A stretch of 64,000 nt of DNA. Source: a plasmid. Below, piece after piece: positions 10,425 through 20,102 of this stretch. Position 1 is the stretch's first letter; the number at the start of each line of letters is the position of its first letter. Under the pieces are notes generated by a model. The model was not told the DNA's origin, did no database searches, and worked only from the letters and a program-made list of their open reading frames with translations. The position numbers and the translations under genes are program-made. Where the stretch lies: the sequence record NZ_CP017043.1. One strand, given 5' to 3'.

Positions 10425-10667
10425 TCATTCTCTATGCGCCCCTAACTCCAAGGACTCCTTCAAAACAACGCGCGTTTCTTGTATCATCGTCTCTGTGGAG
10501 GCCTTAACATCATGCACGGAAGAAATGACGTGCTCCAGCACTTCTTTGTTTTTCTCTTCCATTTCGAGAAAACGCTTCTCCATGCTCTTCACACGGCAGA
10601 AAAGCTGCAGCGTAACAATCAACAAAACAACTGTTGCGCTGGTCAAAAGTTCAACGAGCAACGTCAT
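10425..10667 (-). CDS. small membrane protein (80 aa)
   Basis: ORF track. N-terminal TM segment LLVELLTSATVVLLIVTLQLF followed by a coiled-coil-like tail. Confidence 0.45.
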   Translation of the reverse strand: MTLLVELLTSATVVLLIVTLQLFCRVKSMEKRFLEMEEKNKEVLEHVISSVHDVKASTETMIQETRVVLKESLELGAHRE

Positions 10668-10690
10668 AATATCACGCCTTTCCTCGAAAC

Positions 10691-13141
10691 TTACGGAGCA
10701 GCAACTTCTTCCGCCGGATCGGAGGATTTATCCTCAATGATGTTGCAGCGGATCAGCCAGCGACGGTTGAACTCTTCAACGCCGTGTTCGCGAACGATCT
10801 CCTTCGCATCATTGACGCCTTTGGTATTGACGGCAACGTAGGCCAGCGAAACGGGACAAGCATCCAAGGCCAGCTGGAAGAGGCGCGAGCCATAAGGCGA
10901 CACATAGTAGTAGTCCATCTTCTTCGTTGCTGATGCGAGAATTTCAATCTGCCGACGGTTCAGCCCAAACAAGGCATAATTCTCGGCCGTTTTTTCTTCC
11001 AGAGCATCATTGTTGGGCAGAAATACGCGGCTGGGACAAGATTCGAGAACAGTGTGGAAAATGGGGCTGTTGACAATATCGGTGATGGATTGTGTCGCAA
11101 AGATAACGGAGGCATTTGCCTTACGGAGAACCTTGAGCCATTCGCGGATCTTCGCTGCAAACTGTTCGTTGTCAAAGAAGACCCAGCACTCATCCAAAAC
11201 AATGATGGTCGGCTCCCCTTTCAGGCTTTGCTCGATCCGATGGAAAATATACATGAGCGTTGTTCCCACAATCTGCGGCGTGCTCATGAGTTTCTCCATT
11301 TCGAACGTCTGCCAGGAGCCGAGCTGGAGGCTGTCTACATCCGAATCGAAAATACGTCCATAGGGACCGCCGGAGCAGAGCGGCGCCAGGGCTTTTTTCA
11401 GTTCTTCGGACTGGATCGCATTCACGAGGTTTGTCATGCGACGCAGACGCTTGTTCTCACCAACGTATGAAGTGGCGATGGCTTCCAGCGCATCCCAGAT
11501 CAGCTGCTTGCGCTCCGGCGTGATTTCAAGATTCTCCTGCCGCACATAGTCACAAATCCATTCAAGCGCCCACTGACGCTCTTTATCATCATCAATCTTT
11601 GCCAACGGCTGGAAGGAAAGTGCCCCCGTTTCCTCATTTCCGAGATCGAAAAAAGTTCCTCCGACGCCCCGTGTGAGGACATAGCTCGATGCCCCCTTAT
11701 CAAACACAAAGACACGGGCATCTTTATATTTGCGGAACGAGGACTCTACCATATTCAAGAAGACTGATTTTCCCGCTCCAGTGGGACCGACTACGAGCGT
11801 ATGCCCAACATCACCGACATGCAGCGTGAGCCGAAACGGCGTATTCCCAGAGGTCTGTGTATAAATAAGCGGCGGTCCCTGCAGGTGCTTATTGCGGGAG
11901 GCTCCTGCCCATATGGTAGAAAGCGGCATCATATGAATGAGATTGGCGCAAGATACCAAATGGCGTCGCACATTGCGGCCAACATTGCCGGGAAGAGAGC
12001 CCATCCAAGCATCTACACTGTTGAGATCTTCGACTTTCGCCTTAAAGCCGATGTTGTTGATTGTCTGAACAACGGCTTTTGCGCGCGTATCTGCTTCATC
12101 CGGCGAATCGCCTAAAACTACAATGCTGGACGTGTAATAGCCGTAAGAGGTAATATCCGACTCGATCAACGTCTCTGCAGCCTTTGCTTGCTGATATTTT
12201 GTAACGGCCGTCTGGTTGAGGTTACTGTTATCCTCCTGGCCACTTGCGAATTCACGCATCATGTCTGTCAGACCCTTGAATTTGGCTTTCCATTCCTTCT
12301 TTTTCTTGCCGACTTCATTCAAGGCATCCAGTTTCCCAAGACAATAGTAGCGCGAGACCCACCGATACGAGAAATTTTGCAGATTCAGGTGATCGAATAT
12401 CCCAAAGATGGTGTTATCCATATACCCGATGATCGTGATAACGCGCATATGTTTACTGCCCAGACGGGGTTCCAATCCGCCGGAAAGCGAAGAATCGCAA
12501 AGGAACTGATCCAGCAGCATCGGATGTTTCGGAAGCTTTAGTTTGCGCCGTTTCATGGATATTGTAGAGTAGAGATATGTGACCATCTCGTCTGCAGATA
12601 GAATTTCACAGGGAATTTGACATGCGAAAAACATATTATATACATCATTCACGACCGTGCGAAAGGCAACGAGATAGTCATCTTCCGTCAGCCCCTTCTG
12701 CTTCTTTCCCTCTACAACAAAGGAGCGCAGTCGCCCCTCATGGTCATTCGGAGGCATCCAGTAGAGCGTGGCGTAATAATCCGACTCAAAATGAGAATCC
12801 CCGCCGCTGAAAAACTCTTTGCGTTCATCGTCCATGATCTTGGTAATCGGATCGGGGAAATAGGAATCTGTCGGATAATCCGTCGAAGGAACGCGCTGAG
12901 ACTCAAAAAACATAACCCAGCCCGTATCCATGGACGTGAAAGCAGAATTCAGCTTTTGCGTAATGACGGAAAGCTGCTCCTTGATGGCCGAATCCAAATC
13001 CGGTCCCCGATAGCTGAATGTCGTCTGCATGGAGCCGTCTTTATTCAGCACAATGGTCGGTGATCCTGGAATAATGCGTGCCCACGGCAACGTATATTTC
13101 AGAGGCTCACTTTTTACCAAGAAACGATCCAAACGATACAT
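10691..13141 (-). CDS. virB4: type IV secretion ATPase VirB4/TrbE
   Basis: Walker A LVVGPTGAGKSVFL, Walker B IIVLDECW, and the VirB4 signature VIFATQSITDI. The 816-aa length matches TrbE/VirB4. Confidence 0.92.
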   Translation of the reverse strand: MYRLDRFLVKSEPLKYTLPWARIIPGSPTIVLNKDGSMQTTFSYRGPDLDSAIKEQLSVITQKLNSAFTSMDTGWVMFFESQRVPSTDYPTDSYFPDPITKIMDDERKEFFSGGDSHFESDYYATLYWMPPNDHEGRLRSFVVEGKKQKGLTEDDYLVAFRTVVNDVYNMFFACQIPCEILSADEMVTYLYSTISMKRRKLKLPKHPMLLDQFLCDSSLSGGLEPRLGSKHMRVITIIGYMDNTIFGIFDHLNLQNFSYRWVSRYYCLGKLDALNEVGKKKKEWKAKFKGLTDMMREFASGQEDNSNLNQTAVTKYQQAKAAETLIESDITSYGYYTSSIVVLGDSPDEADTRAKAVVQTINNIGFKAKVEDLNSVDAWMGSLPGNVGRNVRRHLVSCANLIHMMPLSTIWAGASRNKHLQGPPLIYTQTSGNTPFRLTLHVGDVGHTLVVGPTGAGKSVFLNMVESSFRKYKDARVFVFDKGASSYVLTRGVGGTFFDLGNEETGALSFQPLAKIDDDKERQWALEWICDYVRQENLEITPERKQLIWDALEAIATSYVGENKRLRRMTNLVNAIQSEELKKALAPLCSGGPYGRIFDSDVDSLQLGSWQTFEMEKLMSTPQIVGTTLMYIFHRIEQSLKGEPTIIVLDECWVFFDNEQFAAKIREWLKVLRKANASVIFATQSITDIVNSPIFHTVLESCPSRVFLPNNDALEEKTAENYALFGLNRRQIEILASATKKMDYYYVSPYGSRLFQLALDACPVSLAYVAVNTKGVNDAKEIVREHGVEEFNRRWLIRCNIIEDKSSDPAEEVAAP

Positions 13142-14242
13142 TTACACCTCTCCTCCTTCATGGCCGCGATCTTCAATATACTCGTTCACGTCGACACTTA
13201 CTTCAACCAAACTGTTCTGCGCTTTCTCCAAGATGTCCTCCGTCTCTTTCTTGACTTCGATATGTGCATGAAGGAACTCGGAAAGGTCTTGAAAGCCAAT
13301 GACCGTAGGATCTGCGTTTGCGAGATAAAGCCCAGGGAGGCTTCCCCAAAACACCTTTTTCAGATTGAATTCCTCAACGATATAGGGAACGCATTCCCGA
13401 TCCAGCATATCCGTGAAAAAAGCACGGAACGGCTCGTCATTTGCTTGATCCAGGTGAAAGAGAAAGGTATCCGTATAATAGCCGTTATACACACTGATGA
13501 TGTCTTCTGTGGCCATACGCCGCAGAACCGATCGTGTTGGAAACCATCGCCCCGTATACCGCAGAAAATCTCTCTTGGCCTCTTTTTCATTGAACAGAAG
13601 GAGTCTGCGCGTATGACGATAGGTCATATGCTCCAATCGGCTGTAAATCTCATCCAGCTCATACGGAATCAGCATGGAGACGGCACATACCCGCTTGCCG
13701 TTGATGAAAATGTCGTTGCCGCCAAACTCAAAGTCTATGTCCTGCGAGAGCAGCGCGTCCATGTAGAGCGGGCAATCGGGAAGCTCTTGACGATCTTCTC
13801 CCATGGAGAGCGAAAATGAGAGAACATCCATGATCTCCTGATATTCCAAAACCCTTGCCGCTGTTATCTTCTGGAACTCCTCTAAAAAGGCCTGAACCTC
13901 TTTTTCAAAGTAATCTACGGTTTCATGGATTGAGACGCCTGGGTGCAGCGCATTTTCGACGGAGGTCTTTCCGGCCGCATAGAACGGATTCCAGCCGATG
14001 ATCAGATAATCCTGCGCTGGGACGTCTGCGACGTGCTGATGCTCATTCCAAATGACCCAGCCGCGCCGAAACGCCCAAGGCGGGAGTGTTGTCGAAAGAT
14101 CTGTTGTATATGGGGTGTAGGTGATGATGCTGAACATAGAGCCATTTTTTTGTTTCATAACGGACGGGCGAACGATCCCACCCCACGGGATCCATTCTTC
14201 GATTGCAGTAGACTGCAATCCAAATTCATTCAGTGATGCCAT
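13142..14242 (-). CDS. VirB4 N-terminal-domain paralog (366 aa, no ATPase domain)
   Basis: Colinear similarity to the N-terminus of the adjacent VirB4. IPWGGIVRPSVMKQKNGSMFSIITYTPYTTDLS matches LPWARIIPGSPTIVLNKDGSMQTTFSYRGPDLDS, GWVIWNE matches GWVMFFE, and the LPDCPLYMDALL...GKRVCAVSMLIPY block also aligns. There is no P-loop. Its stop abuts the VirB4 ATG. Confidence 0.7.
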   Translation of the reverse strand: MASLNEFGLQSTAIEEWIPWGGIVRPSVMKQKNGSMFSIITYTPYTTDLSTTLPPWAFRRGWVIWNEHQHVADVPAQDYLIIGWNPFYAAGKTSVENALHPGVSIHETVDYFEKEVQAFLEEFQKITAARVLEYQEIMDVLSFSLSMGEDRQELPDCPLYMDALLSQDIDFEFGGNDIFINGKRVCAVSMLIPYELDEIYSRLEHMTYRHTRRLLLFNEKEAKRDFLRYTGRWFPTRSVLRRMATEDIISVYNGYYTDTFLFHLDQANDEPFRAFFTDMLDRECVPYIVEEFNLKKVFWGSLPGLYLANADPTVIGFQDLSEFLHAHIEVKKETEDILEKAQNSLVEVSVDVNEYIEDRGHEGGEV

Positions 14243-14360
14243 ATTTTACGTTGCCGCGCAGATGTGAATTTTACGCGGCGTTCTCCTTTCTCCCTTGTTA
14301 ATCTGAGTATAAAGCAAAAAAATGCGCGGGATTCCTGTCTTTTTTCAAGAACAGGTCAAC

Positions 14361-14391
14361 AAAAAACGGAAACGGGAATCGCCCGCTTCCG
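14361..14391 (-). terminator. hairpin plus T-run on the minus strand between the VirB3 and VirB4-N genes
   Basis: The minus-strand RNA reads cggaagcgggcgauucccguuuccg followed by uuuuuu. 10-bp stem with one mismatch. Confidence 0.45.
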
Positions 14392-14405
14392 CCAAATGCA
14401 GCCCA

Positions 14406-14678
14406 TCAGGTGTTATAATATCGTTTCTTGTTCATGTATGACTTAATACAGTCAAAAAATTGAACGTCGCCTTTGCAGACATAGATCGCCAAAAAATGCA
14501 AAAGGAACGTGAAAATCAGGATGTAAAAGAACCCAAAGTTCATAATCAGGAACACGGCGAACATTGCATTCCAGATCAGTACGGGCTTAGGCACTCCGGC
14601 GAGCAAAGCTGGCTCCATCAGTCCTCTGAAGAAGTCAACATTATACCAGGAGCGAAGCTCTTCCTCTTTATCTGCCAT
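14406..14678 (-). CDS. virB3: VirB3/TrbD-like small inner-membrane T4SS protein
   Basis: 90 aa with two hydrophobic helices (PKPVLIWNAMFAVFLIMNFGFFYILIFTFLLHFLAIYV). It sits between the pilin and VirB4 genes, as in trbC-trbD-trbE. Confidence 0.7.
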   Translation of the reverse strand: MADKEEELRSWYNVDFFRGLMEPALLAGVPKPVLIWNAMFAVFLIMNFGFFYILIFTFLLHFLAIYVCKGDVQFFDCIKSYMNKKRYYNT

Positions 14679-14694
14679 AAGAAATCAGCTCGTT

Positions 14695-15051
14695 TCAAAA
14701 GAGGAACGCAGAACCGAGCTTCGAGACCACAGTTGCGCCGCCGAGCGCAAGGCCGACACCGCCAACGCCCTGGATGCCGCGCTTGGCGATCTGATTCTCG
14801 AAGTTCATCGTGACCGAAAGCCCCAAAAGGCCGGCTCCTGCTGTGCCGATCGCCGTTGCAATGGGACCGGTGATCGTTTTCTGGAGCTTTTCGAGCGGGT
14901 TTGTCACGACCGCAAAGGTTTCATCTGCGGATGAAGCAAGGGACACTTCGTTGGTAATCAGGACAGCGCCCATCATGCCGAGCTGGAGCATCAGGAGCTT
15001 ATTCTCTTTCGCAAACTTCCCGGCAGCCTTGATCTTTTTCTTGAAATCCAT
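14695..15051 (-). CDS. virB2: VirB2/TrbC-like T4SS pilin
   Basis: 118 aa. Basic N-terminus, a long leader, then two Gly/Ala-rich hydrophobic segments (GPIATAIGTAGAGLLGLSV, GVGGVGLALGGATVV). It lies immediately downstream of VirB11, as in trbB-trbC. Confidence 0.7.
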   Translation of the reverse strand: MDFKKKIKAAGKFAKENKLLMLQLGMMGAVLITNEVSLASSADETFAVVTNPLEKLQKTITGPIATAIGTAGAGLLGLSVTMNFENQIAKRGIQGVGGVGLALGGATVVSKLGSAFLF

Positions 15052-15154
15052 AATAAATCATACCTCCTTGACGATATTCCCTACAAACACTTCTATCTTA
15101 CTTCAAAAAAAGTGCCCGAATTTCCTATGTTTTTTCATTCGCAGACTTTTTTCC

Positions 15155-16114
15155 TCAAGTTACTTCATGATAAATGTACTTTTTCGAGGCCGGATCCCAG
15201 CGCTCAAGTTCGAGTATTTCCTGCACTTTTCGCGTCTTCCCAATGTATTTGAGATAGACGATATAGTGTACCGCCTGGGCGATCGTTGCCTGCTGCGGGT
15301 TCCGAGAGACACGCGCCGTCATGTTCTCAAGGCGAAGAAGCGTATCCACGGCAGAATTGCTGTGAACCGTTGAGCAGCCTCCCCCATGCCCCGTAGACCA
15401 GGCATCGAGGAGCGCCAACGCTTCACCAGAACGAACTTCTCCAACCACAATGCGATCCGGCGTCATACGCAGCACCTGCTTGAGGCAATCCTCCATGGAA
15501 AATGTTGGTGTTGCACGCATCTGCACGCAGTCAACGGCGCTGCATTGCAGCTCTGGGGTATCCTCAATCAGGATGACACGATCATCCAGCTTGGAGATCT
15601 CGGCCAAGATGGCATTGAGAAATGTTGTCTTGCCGGATTTTGTTCCCCCGGCCGCAATGATATTCTTCTTGTGATGGATAGCGTCGATCAGGAAATCATA
15701 TTGTTTTTCCGTCAGCGTCCCCTGTTCAACATAGTTCTCCAGCGAAAATATGGTCTCAGGGTGCTTCCGAATATTGAGGGTTGGTGCAGAAACGATATTG
15801 GGAAGATTCCCTTCAAAGCGGCATTTGGGGAAAAACGAGTTGGACGGAATGTCCGCATCAAGGGCAGGACGCTCCGATACGACCAGCTGCCCTGTCAGCG
15901 CAGCCACATTGAGAATGATCCCGCGCGTATCTTCCGGGGAAATATTTTTCCCCGTATAAGCTCTCCCCTTGCCAAGACTGTCCGTCCAGATCTTGCCGTC
16001 CGGATTCACATATACCTCGAAGACGTTTTTATCCTGCATAAACGGCATGATCGCTTTCATCGAGGTAATGAGCGCATCCATTGTGATGTTATACCGCTCA
16101 CTATTGCTGTTCAT
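15155..16114 (-). CDS. virB11: VirB11/TrbB family secretion ATPase
   Basis: Walker A AAGGTKSGKTTFLNA, Asp box RVILIEDTPEL, His-box region RIVVGEVRSGEA, and GHGGGCSTVHSNSA. Confidence 0.9.
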   Translation of the reverse strand: MNSNSERYNITMDALITSMKAIMPFMQDKNVFEVYVNPDGKIWTDSLGKGRAYTGKNISPEDTRGIILNVAALTGQLVVSERPALDADIPSNSFFPKCRFEGNLPNIVSAPTLNIRKHPETIFSLENYVEQGTLTEKQYDFLIDAIHHKKNIIAAGGTKSGKTTFLNAILAEISKLDDRVILIEDTPELQCSAVDCVQMRATPTFSMEDCLKQVLRMTPDRIVVGEVRSGEALALLDAWSTGHGGGCSTVHSNSAVDTLLRLENMTARVSRNPQQATIAQAVHYIVYLKYIGKTRKVQEILELERWDPASKKYIYHEVT

Positions 16115-19014
16115 TCTTCGTTACGCTCCTTGTTCATTGTCCCTAAAAAGGCATCCAAGCCTAACAGTGGGCTGCTGCCGTTGGTCGTATCCCCCGCTTC
16201 TTCGGTGTCTGCATCGAAAAGATCAAGATCATCGTCCATATCCAGCTCCTCCGGCGCAGCCTCGTCAAAGTCCTCCTGATCGCCAAAAAGGAAATTGGAA
16301 AGCTGTATGTCGCTGTTCTCCCCTTCTGAGGCCGCAGCTTCCTCTGCGTCCGCATTGACGGCAAGAATGGAGGCATCCAGATCAATGAGATCTGATACGG
16401 CATCTGCGGGAGACGGCGTTTCTTCATGCACCTGCAGGATGTTCATACGCCTTTTTGCCTTGCTCTCCATCTCTTCCTGGATGGCCGATTGATGAGTGTC
16501 TTCAACCGCTGCCTGATACCGACGATTTTCGGGGTCTACCTCTTGCGGACTTTCTGTCCGTGTCCGATGATCGGCGGCTGCTTCACTTTCGATATTTTCG
16601 GGCTGGCCGACAGGTTCTTCTTGCCCTGCTGCTGCAATCCCTGCGCTGGAGATCTCTTGCTCATTCAGCTCCTCCTCGGGGTGTTCCCCTGTAATGCGGA
16701 AAATCACATCCTTTTCGTATTGCGCCTTCTCCGCCTCGAGTTTTTGGACATAATCCTTATACGACATTCCGGCTTTGTTCGCCTGATCCTCAAGAACCCG
16801 CTTCCGATCATCCTCTTTCGCGGCCTGATCGGCTGCATGGACATCGAACAGCTCCTTGAAATTCGTGACGCGTGTCACGGTATCACTCACCGCCGGACAT
16901 TTTATCTGTGTCCGTTTGATGAGGAACGGATACTCATAATAACGCAGCTTGTCTCCAAAGATGGCTTTATGCCCGGCCACAAAGACGAGTTCTTTCTCTG
17001 AACTCATCTGGGCGACTTCATCCGGCGTCAAGAGTTCTCGGCCGGTCTGCGACGTAGAGTTTGAGCCCTTGAAAAAGCCGCCGCCCCCGTCGCTGTGCGA
17101 GATGGTCGATATTGTGCGTTTGCCAAGCGTCTTTGAAATTGCCTCGGCCGTTGCACCGCCGGAGTCGATATTAGGGGTAAAATAGATATGCACATGACAG
17201 TTTGAGCCGATGGAGTTGTCTTTGGTGTACTCCTTGTTGAGCTGGTTGACATCCTGGCAGACGATGCAGACTTTGATTCCATAGCCCGCACAGATGGCAA
17301 GCGCAAGCTCTATGCACTTCATATTGCCTAACTGCGGAAACTCATCCAACATGAGCAGAAGGCGCTGCTTCTTTGGCGCGGGTTTATTGGGATCCGTGTC
17401 AAATTTCATGTCCCGTATGAGCTTCGAACAGATCATCTGGATGAAGAGACGTGCAATCGGCTTGACGGCCGCAATATCTTTGACCTCCATGCAGAGATAC
17501 AGCGATACTTCCTGCTGCGGATCGAGCAGGTCGCGAATCGCAAAATCCGATACGCTTGTGTTGTTTTGCACGACCGGATCCTGATAGATCGCCAAAGAGG
17601 TTTGTGCGGTCTGCATAATCGAGGCCGTAGTCTGCTGCGCACCATTCAGAATGTTGGCCGCGCATTCGGCCACCTTCGGATGGGACAACAGCAGATGATA
17701 TGGCGCATTGGTTGGCAGCCCCGTCTGATCTACTGCCTCCCACTGGATTTTCTCCCCTTTTTTGATCTTCTGCTGCAGCGCAACGCGGATCTCATCAATG
17801 GATTTTACCTTGGTATCGAGTGCCTGGGCAAAGGGGCGAAAATCCTTGATATATTCCCCGTAGATTTCCTTGAGCGGATTCTTTTTGCGTTTCACAATCC
17901 CATTTTCATCAAGAATGGGCTTCCCGTCGGCGCCGATCTCTTCCACTTCCAGGAATTCATCCGGGCTGATATGCGGATAATCACGCATATCCGTAAAAAG
18001 CTCTTCCGTTGACTTATCCGGACTGGAGAGAAATGACATAATGTCCGTCGGACACGGGAGCGGCCGCTCCTCTCTATCATGTTTATAAAGCAAGTGCAGG
18101 ATAACGCCGTTCAGGAGAGCTGCAGCCGAGTTCGGCCAAAACTCATCGCCGCCCTTTGATTCTCCATCCGGGCGCACCATGACCGAAACGATAGACTGAA
18201 CGTCCGATAACTCCTCGCTCGTACGATAATTGACCTCGGCCAGTGGGTTCCACCGTGCTGCGGATCCATCCGTGCAGAGCGGCTGAAACTTGAGTACCTT
18301 CTGCTTCAGGACGTTCTTCCGATAGCCGCTGGTCAGGCTCCAGAGTTCGCCCTTCGGATCGAAAAAGAAGATACTGTGCTTCCAGATCAATCCCGTGGGG
18401 ATGATCGTGCAGACGCCCTTACCGCTGCGGGTCGGAGCCATGAGAAGCATATGCTCCACGCCGTCATGCAGCATGAGCTTATGGGTATATGGATTGATAC
18501 CGACAACAACGCCGGAATCCTTGATGATCTTCTCCTTTTTGGTGTAAGGGATCAATCCAAGGAATCTCTTCTTTGTTTTCCTATACTCGTATACGCCCCC
18601 GTTTTTCGAGACGTAAGCGCCGAGATCCGATTTTTCGATGTCCTTGCTCGACGCAAAAGAAGCGCTGCCATGTGATGTCTGCACCAAAAACGCCTTTTTG
18701 AGGAAATACATGCAGACCATGGAGAGCAGCAAAACCAGCTGGGCAAATGACGAGTACGCATCGAGAATATCCGGAATTGCCTTACTGATATGCTCATCAT
18801 ATGACCACACCAGGTAATCATACGGAGGATAAATTTTACTGCCGCCGAGCTCTATATAACTTCCGAGCAAGGGATGATAGTCACACTCCTCTGCTACCGC
18901 CTGTGTCGCATACCATTGCGTTATCAGCATCAAAACAGCGAAAATGAGCACCGTATAAAGAAACGCCTTCTTTTGTGCTGTACGATGAATCTCTTCATCT
19001 ATCATCTCAATCAC
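16111..19014 (-). CDS. virD4: type IV coupling protein VirD4/TraG family
   Basis: N-terminal TMs, Walker A LLMAPTRSGKGV, Walker B LLLMLDEFPQLG. The long acidic C-terminal tail ends in DMDDDLDLFDADTEE. Confidence 0.9.
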   Translation of the reverse strand: MIEMIDEEIHRTAQKKAFLYTVLIFAVLMLITQWYATQAVAEECDYHPLLGSYIELGGSKIYPPYDYLVWSYDEHISKAIPDILDAYSSFAQLVLLLSMVCMYFLKKAFLVQTSHGSASFASSKDIEKSDLGAYVSKNGGVYEYRKTKKRFLGLIPYTKKEKIIKDSGVVVGINPYTHKLMLHDGVEHMLLMAPTRSGKGVCTIIPTGLIWKHSIFFFDPKGELWSLTSGYRKNVLKQKVLKFQPLCTDGSAARWNPLAEVNYRTSEELSDVQSIVSVMVRPDGESKGGDEFWPNSAAALLNGVILHLLYKHDREERPLPCPTDIMSFLSSPDKSTEELFTDMRDYPHISPDEFLEVEEIGADGKPILDENGIVKRKKNPLKEIYGEYIKDFRPFAQALDTKVKSIDEIRVALQQKIKKGEKIQWEAVDQTGLPTNAPYHLLLSHPKVAECAANILNGAQQTTASIMQTAQTSLAIYQDPVVQNNTSVSDFAIRDLLDPQQEVSLYLCMEVKDIAAVKPIARLFIQMICSKLIRDMKFDTDPNKPAPKKQRLLLMLDEFPQLGNMKCIELALAICAGYGIKVCIVCQDVNQLNKEYTKDNSIGSNCHVHIYFTPNIDSGGATAEAISKTLGKRTISTISHSDGGGGFFKGSNSTSQTGRELLTPDEVAQMSSEKELVFVAGHKAIFGDKLRYYEYPFLIKRTQIKCPAVSDTVTRVTNFKELFDVHAADQAAKEDDRKRVLEDQANKAGMSYKDYVQKLEAEKAQYEKDVIFRITGEHPEEELNEQEISSAGIAAAGQEEPVGQPENIESEAAADHRTRTESPQEVDPENRRYQAAVEDTHQSAIQEEMESKAKRRMNILQVHEETPSPADAVSDLIDLDASILAVNADAEEAAASEGENSDIQLSNFLFGDQEDFDEAAPEELDMDDDLDLFDADTEEAGDTTNGSSPLLGLDAFLGTMNKERNEE

Positions 19015-19275
19015 CTTCCCTTGTATGCCATTATATCCATAAAAAACTGCGGTTTTTCTTGTCTTTTATCTACCTGACGTAATTTCTTTTTTTGCCATCA
19101 TCAGCCTACCACCTGCGACTCCAAAAGCAAGTGTAAAGCCTCCGGCCGCTTTGCGCACTTGCTTTTCTCGTCTCCGGCGGTATTCGATGGCTGTCAAAAA
19201 AAGACAATGCAGGGGAGTACGGCTCACAAGAGCAGTAAGATTCCTCACGGTCAGGTATCAAATGGAGGTAATGAA

Positions 19276-19539
19276 ATGAAATTCACAGAAGCAGACAAAG
19301 CCTATCTCATCCGGATCGGCAACGGAGAACAGCACTTGCCGCAAATCGAGGAAGCGACACAGGTGGTACGGCTCACCAAGAACGGCCGTAAAATCTCATC
19401 CAAACGTGCTATCGAGGAGATCGGTCGCAACGAGTTCTTGAGCGCAATGTCTCGCTGCGCATACCATCAAACCGCATCGAGGAGAACTCCTACAGAAGAA
19501 ACCATTGAGTTTGTGGTTCCGGACAGCTTTTGGAAGTAA
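19276..19539 (+). CDS. hypothetical protein (about 87 aa)
   Basis: ATG at 19276 preceded by AATGGAGG. It is the only plus-strand ORF in this block and sits in the gap between the T4CP and VirB10 blocks. Confidence 0.4.
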   Translation: MKFTEADKAYLIRIGNGEQHLPQIEEATQVVRLTKNGRKISSKRAIEEIGRNEFLSAMSRCAYHQTASRRTPTEETIEFVVPDSFWK

Positions 19540-19598
19540 AATACGTCCAATCTCATAAAAATAGCCCCTTGTCTCAATGGATAAGGGGCTGATTCCTG

Positions 19599-20102
19599 TC
19601 AAGGAGCCACAGGTGCTTGTATTTTCTTCAAGATATTCTCTCGTACCGAAGTCGATAGAAATGACCATCGACCGCTCTGGTCAACTTCAAGCAGATACGC
19701 AGCCGGATCGTAATGAATCATGCTCATCACATCTTCCGGCTCCTGCGTGCCTTCTGGAGGCACAACGGAGACTACAACGCCGCCGGAGGTCGAACTGACC
19801 AGATAGTGCATGTGCTCCGTATCATCGAAATACACCTGATAGATGAAATATTTGTCACTCGGCAGCACAGCATTTTCGGCGACGCCTATGACCGGCATAT
19901 GACGCAGTTCTTCCGTTTGACGATCCAGGACGAAATCAAACACGACGCCGCCGATCAGTGCCATTCCCGCGAATCCGATCAGAATACACATGATGATTCT
20001 GTGCCACATTGCTGGATTCCCAGCCTTTAATCCGCCGGTGACGGCCTCATATGTTTCCGAGAGCTTCTTCCCCTTTTTTTCGTCCATCATCGTCTTCCTC
20101 AA
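19599..20102 (-). CDS. membrane-anchored T4SS-associated protein (167 aa)
   Basis: TM segment WHRIIMCILIGFAGMALIGGVVF. It overlaps the VirB10 stop by 4 nt, implying an operon. Confidence 0.5.
   Translation of the reverse strand: MRKTMMDEKKGKKLSETYEAVTGGLKAGNPAMWHRIIMCILIGFAGMALIGGVVFDFVLDRQTEELRHMPVIGVAENAVLPSDKYFIYQVYFDDTEHMHYLVSSTSGGVVVSVVPPEGTQEPEDVMSMIHYDPAAYLLEVDQSGRWSFLSTSVRENILKKIQAPVAP

Noticed and set aside
14695-15051. Pilin candidate interpreted as a type IV (prepilin-peptidase-processed) pilin
   Set aside because: It has no G/FTLIE-type class III signal. The architecture (long leader plus two hydrophobic segments) and the presence of TraF favour a TrbC/VirB2-type pilin.
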